Part shown: positions 20,355-30,381 of the stretch, in pieces
Position numbering within the stretch: the stretch's first letter is position 1
Layout of the letters: each line of letters starts with the position of its first letter
Program-made: the position numbers and the translations under genes
Notes under the pieces: generated by a model
What the model saw: the letters and a program-made list of their open reading frames with translations, nothing else
The model's database searches: none
What the model was told of the DNA's origin: nothing
Origin: Verrucomicrobiales bacterium
GTDB taxonomy: Bacteria; Verrucomicrobiota; Verrucomicrobiia; Verrucomicrobiales; V1-33
DNA: 64,000 nucleotides
NCBI GenBank assembly: GCA_031411295.1
Contig: JANOAV010000105.1
Location: forward strand, 9,419-73,418
Reading direction: 5' to 3'

Positions 20355-21659
20355 ATGAAGTTCCTTCTCGCTCCACTTGTCTCGCTTGCATGCTTCATCT
20401 GCACGGCGCGGGCCCAAAGACTGGGAGTTGTCGATTCTCTTGCCACCGAGAAGGGGCCGGGACCGTGGACGGACCCTGTGGAGCTTAACGTGTGGCCGAA
20501 CCAAACGAGCCGAGCCAATGGTGATCCCTGGCTGGTGCAGCATCATGACCAGATCCGGCAGATGCGACCACGTTTGCTGGTCATCAATTTCTCCAACGTG
20601 CATGATCGCAATCACTTGGACGGTTTGATCACCAATCTGAGGTTGGCGATTGGTGAGTCGAGTCGCTATCATGGTTATGCGGACGCCAAGGCTCCGGTTT
20701 TTCTTCAGTATGAGGTTTTCAAATTCGTGGATCTGCGGGATGCTGATCGTAAGCAGGGGGACTCGCGGTTGGTGCCAGTTAAGAACGTGGCGGCCACGAC
20801 AGGCTTCAACATGAAGTATGCGGCGTTCTTCAGCGAGGAGTATGCCAAACATTACGGAGTGATCGATCCCAAGAACCCCGCGCGCTTCCTGCGATTGGAT
20901 GAACTGCTGGAGATGGGCTATTGCCACGAAGTTTGGCTTTGTTTATCCGGGGCACCAGAGAATCCGCGAATCGGGGCCTACGAGGTGGTGGAACGCAAGC
21001 CACAGTATGACGAAAAATTCCAGGTGGTGAAAGGCGTCTCGTTGCAGGCTGGCAACGGTGGGGATGCCGATCAGCCTTGGACGGGACGTTCGGTGCGAAT
21101 CGGCACGGTGAATGCGAGCCGCGGGCCGGGTTGTTTCATGGAAAGCCTTTCTCATGGTATGGAGGGCACTGCAAATGCCAATGCCATTCCCTATTTCACC
21201 CGCTACTTCCAAGACTATGCTGGTTTCAATTTGGACAAGAAGCTCAAGATGCCCTTCAATAGTCTTTACGCCGTCAATTATGGGCGCTCGGACATCCAGT
21301 ATCCCGATCCGCACACAATGATTGTCTGGCATGGCGTGCGGGAATACCGGATCGATAATTATCTCTGCACTGGAGGCAACGCCCATTTTCCTCCGAATGG
21401 CCGCCGCCACTACGATCTGGACAATACCGCTCCCGTGCTCTCTACCATTGAGGACTGGCACATTGGCAGCGGCCCCGGCGGCAAAGATCTCGCCAAACCT
21501 TTTACAAATGCGGCCTTCCAGCAGTATCGTGGACTGGCTCCTGACTGTATGGGGCCGTGGCTCGTTTACTGGAGACAAAACATGCCGGGACTGAAGAACC
21601 GGCAGAAGGCTGACGACGGGAAGTCCATGAAAAATTGGTGGCCATTTCTTTTCTACTGA
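20355..21659 (+). CDS. Secreted hypothetical protein, possibly a metallohydrolase
   Basis: Signal peptide; HEVWL, ESLSHGMEG, GNAHFPPN..YD and C-terminal NWW motifs. Confidence 0.65.
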   Translation: MKFLLAPLVSLACFICTARAQRLGVVDSLATEKGPGPWTDPVELNVWPNQTSRANGDPWLVQHHDQIRQMRPRLLVINFSNVHDRNHLDGLITNLRLAIGESSRYHGYADAKAPVFLQYEVFKFVDLRDADRKQGDSRLVPVKNVAATTGFNMKYAAFFSEEYAKHYGVIDPKNPARFLRLDELLEMGYCHEVWLCLSGAPENPRIGAYEVVERKPQYDEKFQVVKGVSLQAGNGGDADQPWTGRSVRIGTVNASRGPGCFMESLSHGMEGTANANAIPYFTRYFQDYAGFNLDKKLKMPFNSLYAVNYGRSDIQYPDPHTMIVWHGVREYRIDNYLCTGGNAHFPPNGRRHYDLDNTAPVLSTIEDWHIGSGPGGKDLAKPFTNAAFQQYRGLAPDCMGPWLVYWRQNMPGLKNRQKADDGKSMKNWWPFLFY

Positions 21660-21932
21660 CGAAATTTATCGGAGATACAATGGTTTTTTCTTCTCTGAAT
21701 CAATCAATTTGGCAATTTCCATAGGTCATCATCGGAAATTCCTAGCCACAGGCGATTGCAGCAGGTGATAACTTTTGGTCGGGTGCCCCACGCATAACGT
21801 AATTTGTATTTCGAGCTTGCATCTACCCCGAAAAATTGTCTAGGATAAGCGGATCGGTCGCGAATTTTCCGCCTAGCCTGTGGGACGTTCCGTTGCTGAC
21901 CAAAGTTTCACCCGCTTTCCCCAGGAATATTC

Positions 21933-22685
21933 ATGCCCATCCCTGCCGCAGCCACAGCAGCCAAGTTCCCGACCACACAGTGGACGGTCGTGCTGTCGCT
22001 GAAAGCGGCCGAAGGGAGTATGGCGCAGGCGAAGGCCATGAGGGAACTGTGTCAGGCCTATTGGTTTCCACTTTACGCCTTCGCTCGGCACCGCGGGCTA
22101 CAGCGACAGGATGCGGAGGATGCGGTGCAGAGTTTCTTTGCTTCCACAGGAGATGCGGATTTCTTCCAAAAGGCGGAACAACATAAGGGTAAGCTGCGCA
22201 CCTTCATTCTTACCGCCTTCACCCGCATGCTGCTGGATCATCGCGACCGCAGTCTGGCCCAAAAGCGCGGCGGTGGAGTGCCTCACCTTTCAATCGATGC
22301 CGACCAAGCGGAAGCTTGGCTGCTAGCCGACCCGAAATCCACGGAGGAAGATGCGGCCATGGCTTTCGAGCGCCATTGGGCCAAAAACATCATCCGCAGT
22401 GTCCTGGCGGAATTGGAAGCCGAAGCTGAGTTGACGCCAAAATCCGCCGCCCGGTTCCAGATTGTGAGCCGATTCCTCATGCCGGAGAGTTGTCTGGACT
22501 ACACCATTCGCCAAGCCGCTGCCGATCTGGATATCAACGTGGCCACGTGCGAGAAAGCGATTCAACGCCTCCGCGCGCGCTTTCGACAAGCGGTCCGCAA
22601 GGAGGTTGCCAGCACCCTGAATCATCCTACGGAGGCTTCCATCACGGAGGAGATGATTCAACTCCAAAAAGCTCTAATTGAGTAA
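21933..22685 (+). CDS. ECF-type RNA polymerase sigma-70 factor (PVC FPTTQW type)
   Basis: FPTTQWTVV, LCQAYWFPLYAFAR, DAEDAVQSFF, KGKLRTF, AQKRGGG, C-terminal RLRARF region 4. Confidence 0.88.
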   Translation: MPIPAAATAAKFPTTQWTVVLSLKAAEGSMAQAKAMRELCQAYWFPLYAFARHRGLQRQDAEDAVQSFFASTGDADFFQKAEQHKGKLRTFILTAFTRMLLDHRDRSLAQKRGGGVPHLSIDADQAEAWLLADPKSTEEDAAMAFERHWAKNIIRSVLAELEAEAELTPKSAARFQIVSRFLMPESCLDYTIRQAAADLDINVATCEKAIQRLRARFRQAVRKEVASTLNHPTEASITEEMIQLQKALIE

Positions 22686-22693
22686 CCCAGCCG

Positions 22694-23143
22694 ATGTCAC
22701 GCGAAGCAATCCCAACCTGGTTTTTTGTGCTCGTGGTGGTTCGTAAAGCTGATAAATTTCTGCTGGTTCACGAACGCAAGCACGGTCAGAAATGGTATCT
22801 TCCTGCGGGAAGGATCGAACCCAGCGAGACAGTCATCCAGGCCGCCAAACGGGAAACATTGGAGGAGGCAGGCATTCGAATTACGATTGAAGGGGTCCTG
22901 CGAATTCAGCACACGCCGATGGGGGATGGATCAGCTAGAGTGCGCTTCATTCTGCTGGCTCGGCCGGAAGATGACGCGCCGCCGAAAAGTGAGCCGGATG
23001 ATGAGAGCCTGGGCGCTGCATGGATGACTCTAGACGAGGTCAAAAATGTCGCATTGCGAGGCAGCGAGGTTTTACAACTGTTTCAGTCCGCAACCGATGG
23101 CGCGCCGGTCTATCCGTTAGGTTTGGTTTCGGCGGAGTTCTAG
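22694..23143 (+). CDS. NUDIX hydrolase
   Basis: Nudix box GRIEPSETVIQAAKRETLEEAG. Confidence 0.92.
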   Translation: MSREAIPTWFFVLVVVRKADKFLLVHERKHGQKWYLPAGRIEPSETVIQAAKRETLEEAGIRITIEGVLRIQHTPMGDGSARVRFILLARPEDDAPPKSEPDDESLGAAWMTLDEVKNVALRGSEVLQLFQSATDGAPVYPLGLVSAEF

Positions 23144-23174
23144 CAACCTTGCGCTAAGGGAGAACCGTGACTGG

Positions 23175-24401
23175 TTACACGGAGGGTTCGTGAAGTTTGA
23201 AGGCCTTGTGCACCACGCGGGCCGCTTCGTCGGCATGGGTTTGTTCCACGGTCACGGTGATTTTGATTTCGCTGGTGGAGATCATTTGGATGTTGATACC
23301 AGCCTCGCCCAAGGCGGAGAACATGGTGGCGGCCACTCCGCTGTGGCTGCGCATGCCGATGCCGACGGCACTGAGTTTGGCGATGCCATCGTCACTCAGG
23401 ACTTCGACATTTCCGCCGATTTCCTGAGCGAGCGCTTCAAGCGCGGAGAGGGCTTTCTTCAGCTCATTCTTATGGAGGGTGAAGGAGATCCGGGCTTTGC
23501 CATCCTGACCCACGTTCTGGACGATCATGTCCACGTTGACGTTGGTGGTGCCAATGACGCCAAAGACGCGGCTGGCCACCCCGGGAATGTCCGGCAGGCC
23601 TTGGATGGTGATTTTTGCTTGATCACGTTCGAGGCTGATGCCGCGAATGACGACGGATTCCATGTTCATGGTTTCTTTGGTAACGAGGGTTCCAGGATTA
23701 TTATTCAAACTGCTGCGCACTTCAAAGGGCACGCCAAACTTATTCGCAAACTCCACGCTGCGGCTCTGCATCACTTTGCTGCCGCTGCTGGCCATTTCCA
23801 GCATTTCCTCATAGGAAATGACGGGAATCTTGGTAGCGTCCTTCACGATGCGGGGATCGCAGGTGTAAACGCCGTCCACATCGGTGAAAATCTGACAGAG
23901 ATCAGCCTTGATAGCGGCGGCCATGGCGATGGCGGTGAGATCACTGCCGCCGCGGCCCAGGGTGGTTATTTGGCCCTCGGCGGTGCGACCTTGGAAACCA
24001 GCAATGACGACGATATTCCCATCGTTGAGCATGTCGTGCACTTCGGTGGGGGTGATGTTAGAGATCCGCGCCTTCGTGTGCACGCCATCGGTCACGATGC
24101 CGGCCTGCGCTCCGGTTAGAGATACGGCTTTGCCACCCAGAGCGTTGATCGCCATGGCGGTTAGGGCGATGGTGGTTTGCTCACCGGTGGACAGGAGCAC
24201 ATCCATTTCCCGTTCGGTGGGTTCGGCGGAGACTTCCCGGGATAGTTTGATGAGGTTGTCCGTGACCCCGGACATAGCGGAGACCACGACGACCACGCGA
24301 TTCCCCTCGCGCTGCGTGGCGAGGACGCGGCGGGCGACGTTGCAAATGCGTTCTGGGTTACCGACGGAGGTGCCGCCGTATTTCTGAACGATGGTGGCCA
24401 T
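23175..24401 (-). CDS. lysC: Aspartate kinase
   Basis: VQKYGGTSV, TTLGRGGSD, TDVDGVYTCDPR, two ACT domains (VGIGMRSHSGVAA, ISTSEIK). Confidence 0.97.
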   Translation of the reverse strand: MATIVQKYGGTSVGNPERICNVARRVLATQREGNRVVVVVSAMSGVTDNLIKLSREVSAEPTEREMDVLLSTGEQTTIALTAMAINALGGKAVSLTGAQAGIVTDGVHTKARISNITPTEVHDMLNDGNIVVIAGFQGRTAEGQITTLGRGGSDLTAIAMAAAIKADLCQIFTDVDGVYTCDPRIVKDATKIPVISYEEMLEMASSGSKVMQSRSVEFANKFGVPFEVRSSLNNNPGTLVTKETMNMESVVIRGISLERDQAKITIQGLPDIPGVASRVFGVIGTTNVNVDMIVQNVGQDGKARISFTLHKNELKKALSALEALAQEIGGNVEVLSDDGIAKLSAVGIGMRSHSGVAATMFSALGEAGINIQMISTSEIKITVTVEQTHADEAARVVHKAFKLHEPSV

Positions 24402-24642
24402 GAAAATTTCGGATGATTGAGAGGTCTAAATTTAGAAACGGGGGCCATTTAATGAACGGGGATTTTCCCGGCGCAACTAGAATAAGCTAATCTGGGAGGC
24501 TGATTTTCAAGAAACGGGACCCCCTAGAAATTTTCAGGTTTCAGATTGCGCAAATGAAGCGGTGAGGGGAGCATGGCACCCGCCAACGCGGTGGGGTAAC
24601 TTTGCTGTCGCTCTGCTGTTAAGATTCGTATCGTTTGTCATT

Positions 24643-27600
24643 ATGAGATTACTGCCCATATTATTTACTGCCTTTACTTTGTCCTCCACTGCCTTCGCAG
24701 AGGAGGGATTTCGCCCAATATTTAATGGGAAGGATCTGACAGGTTGGGAGGGGAACCCTGAACTCTGGGCGGTAGAGGACGGTTGTATCACCGGTAAAAC
24801 CACGGGGCCGGAGCAAATGAAATATAACCAGTTTCTGATCTGGACGGGTGGCAAGGTAAAGAATTTCGAACTGCGCCTCAAGGTGAAGCACAAAGGGAAC
24901 AACACGGGCGTGCAGTATCGGAGCAAGGAGCTGCCTGAGAACGGGAAATGGTCGGTGGGCGGCTACCAATGCGATATGCATCCCAATGCGCCTTACAATG
25001 CCATGGTCTATGAGGAGCGGGGTCGTGGGATCATTACCCAAAACGGTCAGAGTGTGATCATCGATCCGCAGGGACAAAAATGGATTGTGGCCGAGCGGGA
25101 GCCGGTGAAGGTGGATCCGGCTGAATGGCATGACTACACGATCATTGCGCAGGGTAATCATTTAATTCATAAGATCGATGGGAAGGTCACAATTGATCTA
25201 ACCGACCACGAGGAAAAGGCACGTGCGTTGGAAGGCATTGTGGCCTTCCAAATCCACCGGGGGCCAGCCATGGTGGTGCAGATCAAGGATGTGGCCATCA
25301 AAGATCTGCCGGATGGTGGATTGGTGGCATTTGATGCCGCAGCGATCCCCAGCGATGCCCAGCAGCTGGGGAAACCCAATCCAAAGGCGAATCCAAAGGC
25401 CAAGCCCAAGGCCGCTCCGGCTGAGCCAGCTAAACCAGCCGAAACTCCCGTCGCGGCTGCGCCTAAGGCTAAGGCCAAGAAATCCACGGGGACTGGCGAG
25501 GCGATTGGGGAAAACAAGGCCACTCCGGTGGGAAGGATCAAAGCAGCCAAAGATTTCAAAGTGGAACTGCTCTACTCTGTGCCCGGTGGAGATCAAGGTT
25601 CCTGGGTGAACCTGTGTGCCGACGACAAGGGACGCATTTATGCCAGCGATCAGTATGGCAGCTTGTATCGTTTCGCTGCACCGGCCCCCGGGCAACCGCT
25701 GGATCCGGCCAGTGTGCAGAAGGTTCCAGTCGAGATGCGCGCGGTGAATGGGATGTTGTTCGCCTTCGGTGCGCTCTATGTCGGCGTGAATGATTATGAA
25801 AGCAAAATTCAGAGCGGCCTCTATCGGCTCACGGACAGCAATGGTGATGATCAACTCGATAAGGTCGAACTACTCCGGGCCTTCGAATCCAAGGGCGATC
25901 ACGGGGTGCATGCGATCCTGCCTACGCCTGATGGCAAAGGGCTCTACCTGATTACCGGCAACAATGCCAAGCCCACGCAGACGGATGCCACTTCCCCCGT
26001 GCCCAGAGTCTGGGGCGACGACCATCTACTGCCACGGATGCCGGATGGGCGTGGTCACAATCGCGATGTCATGGCTCCGGGAGGCATTATTTACAAGGTA
26101 TCGCCTGACGGTAAAGACTTCAAAATGTTCGCCTCCGGCTTCCGGAATATCTTCGATGCTGGCCTCAATCTGGACGGGGAACTCTTCACTTATGACGCGG
26201 ACATGGAGTATGACTTCAACACCTCATGGTATCGCCCCACGCGCATCAACCATGTCGTTAGCGGTGCCGAATACGGCTGGCGCAACGGGGCGGGAAAGTA
26301 TCCGGAATTTTATGTCGATAACCTCCCGGCCACGCTCAACATCGGCCCCGGATCACCCACGGGCGTGACCTTCGGCTATGGCGCCAAGTTTCCTGCGAAA
26401 TATCAAAAAGCGATGTTCGCGCTCGACTGGAGTTGGGGGAAACTTTACGCCGTGCATCTCACGGAGCAAGGTTCCAGCTACACCGCCACCAAGGAGGAGT
26501 TCATTACTGGTTCCCCCTTGCCGCTGACCGATGCCATCATTCACCCCAAAGATGGCGCGATGTATTTTGCGATTGGCGGACGCAAAGTTCAGTCCGGATT
26601 ATATCGTGTGACCTACACGGGGTCTGAAGCCACGACACCAATCGATCGGGCTCCCAAGACCACGCCTGCCCGCACCTTGCGCCATCAGTTGGAAGCATTT
26701 CATGGCAAACAAGACCCAGCTGCGGTCGCCACCGCTTGGCCGTATCTGAGCCATGAAGACCGCTTCATTAGTTGGGCGGCTCGGATCGCCATTGAGCACC
26801 AACCGGTGGCTACTTGGCAGGCCCGGGTGTTCAGTGAGACAGATCCTGCGAAACAGCTCCCAGCCTTGCTCGCGCTAACCGAAGTGAGCGGCACTTGCCC
26901 GACCCATCGCACCAAGGCTTCCGTGGTGGACACTGCCATGCGGGACCAACTCATCGCAGCGTTGTTGAAACTCGACTGGGCTAAGCTGACATTTACCCAA
27001 CAACTCAGCTACGTGCGGATCATGGAGATCGTGCTGCACCGCTTTGGTAATCCCGACGATGCCACGGTGGCCAAAATCATTGCCAAGCTGGATCCGGCTT
27101 TCCCGTCCGAGAAATTTGAGCTGAACTGGCTGCTGTGCGAAACGTTGGCCTACCTGCAAGCGCCTACCACGGCCGCCAAAGGCATGGCGCTGATCGCTGC
27201 GGCTCCGAGTCAGGAGCCACAGATCGAATACGCCCGCAGCCTCCGATTCCTGACCGCGGGATGGACCAAAGAGCTGCGCACAGCACAACTCGAGTGGTTC
27301 CTGAAAGCGGCCAATTTCCGCGGTGGTTCCAGTTTCGATAAATTCATCGAGTTTATCCGTCACGATACGTTGGCATCCTTCAGTCCCGCGCATAAGACCG
27401 AACTGGCGGCCCTCATTGAGCAGAAGCCTGTGCGGAAATCTGCTCTGGAAAACGTGGGGGCAATGTTCGTGGGCCGCACGCCTACGATGTGGACTCTGGA
27501 GGACCTGAGCGCAGCCACCAAGGACGGCATGAAACATCGCAACTACGACAATGGACGCAAGATGTTTGGGGCCGCAGCGTGTTTCACCTGCCACCGTTTC

Positions 27601-27981
27601 GGCAACGAAGGCGGCATGACCGGGCCTGACCTAACAGGCGCTGGAGGGCGCTACAGTCCTCATGATTTGCTTGATCAAATCATTAATCCCAGCAAGGAAA
27701 TCAACGAGCAGTTCGCCCCCATCATCGTTACCAAGAACAACGGAGATGTCATCTCTGGGGTCGTGGTAAATCTCAGTGGTGATGGCGTAACACTGAACAC
27801 GGATCTGTCCGATCCTGATCAGCGGGTGAATGTAGATCGCAAGGAACTCAAGAGTATCGAACTCAGCAAGGTTTCCCCGATGCCGCCCATGCTCCTGGCG
27901 ATGCTAACCAAGGAAGAAATCATGGACCTCCTGGCTTACGTCCTCAGTGCAGGCGACAAGACTAACGGCATGTTCAAATAA
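24643..27981 (+). CDS. PVC-type heme-binding protein: DUF1080 + dehydrogenase-like beta-propeller + HEAT-like repeats + cytochrome c
   Basis: Signal peptide from ATG 24643; DUF1080 start (FNGKDLTGWEG..FQIH); P/A/K-rich linker; GFRN..D..GELFTYD propeller motifs; CFTCH heme motif followed by GPDLT and SPMP. Confidence 0.88.
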   Translation: MRLLPILFTAFTLSSTAFAEEGFRPIFNGKDLTGWEGNPELWAVEDGCITGKTTGPEQMKYNQFLIWTGGKVKNFELRLKVKHKGNNTGVQYRSKELPENGKWSVGGYQCDMHPNAPYNAMVYEERGRGIITQNGQSVIIDPQGQKWIVAEREPVKVDPAEWHDYTIIAQGNHLIHKIDGKVTIDLTDHEEKARALEGIVAFQIHRGPAMVVQIKDVAIKDLPDGGLVAFDAAAIPSDAQQLGKPNPKANPKAKPKAAPAEPAKPAETPVAAAPKAKAKKSTGTGEAIGENKATPVGRIKAAKDFKVELLYSVPGGDQGSWVNLCADDKGRIYASDQYGSLYRFAAPAPGQPLDPASVQKVPVEMRAVNGMLFAFGALYVGVNDYESKIQSGLYRLTDSNGDDQLDKVELLRAFESKGDHGVHAILPTPDGKGLYLITGNNAKPTQTDATSPVPRVWGDDHLLPRMPDGRGHNRDVMAPGGIIYKVSPDGKDFKMFASGFRNIFDAGLNLDGELFTYDADMEYDFNTSWYRPTRINHVVSGAEYGWRNGAGKYPEFYVDNLPATLNIGPGSPTGVTFGYGAKFPAKYQKAMFALDWSWGKLYAVHLTEQGSSYTATKEEFITGSPLPLTDAIIHPKDGAMYFAIGGRKVQSGLYRVTYTGSEATTPIDRAPKTTPARTLRHQLEAFHGKQDPAAVATAWPYLSHEDRFISWAARIAIEHQPVATWQARVFSETDPAKQLPALLALTEVSGTCPTHRTKASVVDTAMRDQLIAALLKLDWAKLTFTQQLSYVRIMEIVLHRFGNPDDATVAKIIAKLDPAFPSEKFELNWLLCETLAYLQAPTTAAKGMALIAAAPSQEPQIEYARSLRFLTAGWTKELRTAQLEWFLKAANFRGGSSFDKFIEFIRHDTLASFSPAHKTELAALIEQKPVRKSALENVGAMFVGRTPTMWTLEDLSAATKDGMKHRNYDNGRKMFGAAACFTCHRFGNEGGMTGPDLTGAGGRYSPHDLLDQIINPSKEINEQFAPIIVTKNNGDVISGVVVNLSGDGVTLNTDLSDPDQRVNVDRKELKSIELSKVSPMPPMLLAMLTKEEIMDLLAYVLSAGDKTNGMFK

Positions 27982-27992
27982 GCCCTCAGGAG

Positions 27993-28136
27993 GGTGGACA
28001 TTTTGTCCACCAGTGCCACACCACAGGCCTGCAAAAACCAACCCCGACCATGCCGCGGCAGACGCTTAATCGCTGCATGGTCGGAGTAATACGAGTTGCA
28101 TCAAGGACCCATCCCGAGCAGTCCAGTGGACCGCTC
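27993..28136. repeat. Cluster of three hairpins between convergent genes (REP-like or terminator-like)
   Basis: GGTGGACA-TTT-TGTCCACC (27993-28011); CCGACCATGC..GCATGGTCGG (28044-28084); GAGCAGTCCAGTGGACCGCTC (28116-28136). Confidence 0.6.
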
Positions 28137-28167
28137 GATATGCTGTCGGAGCCTTTGTGCAAATGGC

Positions 28168-29085
28168 CTAGACCTTGCCTTGGAGGAGGCCGCTGAGGAT
28201 TTTCGAGATCTCCATGCCTTTGAACTTTTCGCTGAGTTCCTTGGCTTTGTTGGAAATTTCCGTGCCGTATTGGGATTGCATCACTTTGGCTTTCTCCACC
28301 AGTTTGGAGAATTCCTCCTTCAGCATGGGAAGATCGATCTGGCGACCTGAGGCGTAGTAACGATCGGCCACGGTGCCGAGGGCATACGTGGTGGCGAAGG
28401 TTAGGGCAGTGCCGGCAATGCCGCCAGTCACGTTTCCCACCGTTTCCCCGGTCTCTCCGCCCAAGCCGCCGAGCACCCCCGAGAGGATGCGACGCATGCC
28501 AGTTTCGATGACTTGGGAGACGGCCCCGATGCCCAAGGCCGCTGCAAAATCCCGCAGCGACTTGCGGTCCAGCGCGATGCCATGGCGTTGCCCAATATCA
28601 TACACTAACTTCATCTGCGTGGGGATGATGGCCAGGGAGCCTGCAGTTTGAGGGAGTAATTCCAGCGCTGCGGCCAGCACCGAATATTTCAGCAGGAGGG
28701 ATTCCAAATCGCCTGCCGCCACGACTAAGGGCGTAGTCTCCACCGGGGCTTCCGGGGCTGCTTCCGCTGGCTGCAATGCCGCATGGAGGGTTTTGAGAAA
28801 CGCTAGCTCGGCGGGGACGGATGGTCCACTGGCTTCGCAAACGCAAAGGGCGATTTCATAGGCCAGGGTCTTGGCGTCTGGTGAAGTTAGTTCGGCCACG
28901 GCGGATTCCAGAGTGGTTTGCTTGGTGAGCACGGACTGATAAGCTTCCGCCAGATCCACTGCGGTCATTTGGAACCCTTCGGCGGTGCGGCGGATGGCGG
29001 CGTGCTCTCGTTCGTCCTTGGCGTCGTCGGCAAAAGCTGCCAGGAGGGAGAGGGAAAGAATGGCGCGTTGTTCGGTGGGAGTCAT
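28168..29085 (-). CDS. TerB-like N-terminal domain + DUF697/YcjF-like domain protein
   Basis: LLAAFAD..DEREHAAI..AYEIALCVCEA (TerB-like); IIPTQMKLVYDIG..G and FATTYALG (DUF697-like). Confidence 0.7.
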   Translation of the reverse strand: MTPTEQRAILSLSLLAAFADDAKDEREHAAIRRTAEGFQMTAVDLAEAYQSVLTKQTTLESAVAELTSPDAKTLAYEIALCVCEASGPSVPAELAFLKTLHAALQPAEAAPEAPVETTPLVVAAGDLESLLLKYSVLAAALELLPQTAGSLAIIPTQMKLVYDIGQRHGIALDRKSLRDFAAALGIGAVSQVIETGMRRILSGVLGGLGGETGETVGNVTGGIAGTALTFATTYALGTVADRYYASGRQIDLPMLKEEFSKLVEKAKVMQSQYGTEISNKAKELSEKFKGMEISKILSGLLQGKV

Positions 29086-29249
29086 AAGCAATAAGGGAGA
29101 GGTGTAAAATCGATCAAGTTAGGCCGAGAGATGCCGCAAATGTTGATCGCTGACTACTACAAAATGAGACCGCTTTTACATTTGGTCTGACCTCGAAGCG
29201 GGACCGACCGGAGTGATGAGCCACTACCCGCACCGGAGGGGAGGCATGG

Positions 29250-30377
29250 TTAGATGCGCAGGAAAATTTTGCGATGATACATCCACGCCAGGAGCAGCCA
29301 CTCCACCAAGAGAATACCAGCACCGTGCAGCAAGGGCTGGTAATTTTCTCCCAGCGATTGAAAGACGCGGGGTCCTAAGTGGCGGGGTAGGGCTTCGCTA
29401 ATAAACGTCACAAACAAATGAGCAATGAGGTAAGCGGCAATGGAGTTCATGCCGATCACCAGCAGCGGTTTGGCCCATTTTTTGCAGTGCAGGATCTCGA
29501 TGATCCCATAAAAGGCTGCCAGCAGGAAACAACACCAACCGCCGCTAAACAAAGTCCAACTGGGGGTCCAAATCCGCTTCACCACCGGGATCCAACCCAG
29601 CGCCCCCAAGGCCCAGCCTGTCCCTAGCAGTATTGCTCCAGCGATGAGCAGTCTGCGAATTTTTTCCGTCGGAGTTTTGTCCTCCCGCTGCAGCCAGCCA
29701 CCCGCCAGCAATCCCAGGATCATGGTGCCGAGGGTGGGAATAAAACTCAGCGTGCTATAGCCCCCTTCATTGGCCACGAAGGGCGACTCCCGGGGAAAGA
29801 GGTTCATGAACCAGACATCGAATTTCCAGGCGGCATTCGTGTTGAGAGCCCAGTGGTCCCGGACTCCCGGAGCCAGTTGAGTGAGGAAAAAGAAGGCGGT
29901 GTAGCCAATGAGAATCGTGGCTAGTCCGATGACCTGTGCCCTGAGGGAGCGGTTACCCAGCCAATAGAGCACGCCGTAGCCCAGTCCGATCTGGGTCAGG
30001 GTGTCCTCGAAGGTCCAATTGGTCTGCGGGTGATCAATCGAGCGCAGGAAGACTCCCAGGAGAACGAGGATCAGGGCCCGTAACCAAGCATGGGCGGTGC
30101 GCTGCCAGGCGGGCTGGCCGGAGGCGATCCGCTTGGCCAGGGAGAAGGGTAGGGCGACTCCGACGAGGAAGGAAAAGGATGGTTGGATCAGGTCGTGAAG
30201 CACCCAACCGGTCCACGCCACATGATTCTGGTGCTGCGCCAGTAATCTCCAGAAGCCGCTCTGGGGATTGCTTCCAGAGATTTTCCCGAACTCCAACACC
30301 TCTGCCATCATCAGTAACATTACGAAGCCTCGATAGGCATCGACTGAAGTCAGGCGGGGCGGCGGAGCGGGGTGCAT
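29250..30377 (-). CDS. DUF5009 / heparan-alpha-glucosaminide N-acetyltransferase-like membrane protein
   Basis: RLTSVDAYRG, HVAWTG..HDLIQPSFSFLVG, PVVKRIWTPSW, GMNSIAAY; the start at ATG 30377 avoids overlap with the upstream gene. Confidence 0.85.
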   Translation of the reverse strand: MHPAPPPRLTSVDAYRGFVMLLMMAEVLEFGKISGSNPQSGFWRLLAQHQNHVAWTGWVLHDLIQPSFSFLVGVALPFSLAKRIASGQPAWQRTAHAWLRALILVLLGVFLRSIDHPQTNWTFEDTLTQIGLGYGVLYWLGNRSLRAQVIGLATILIGYTAFFFLTQLAPGVRDHWALNTNAAWKFDVWFMNLFPRESPFVANEGGYSTLSFIPTLGTMILGLLAGGWLQREDKTPTEKIRRLLIAGAILLGTGWALGALGWIPVVKRIWTPSWTLFSGGWCCFLLAAFYGIIEILHCKKWAKPLLVIGMNSIAAYLIAHLFVTFISEALPRHLGPRVFQSLGENYQPLLHGAGILLVEWLLLAWMYHRKIFLRI

Positions 30378-30381
30378 GGGG

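Noticed and set aside
23190..24119. 309-aa plus-strand ORF, and similar long antisense ORFs such as 6517-7470, 13588-14469, 35082-36107 and 58341-59228
   Set aside because: They lie opposite well-supported genes and are expected from GC-rich codon bias.
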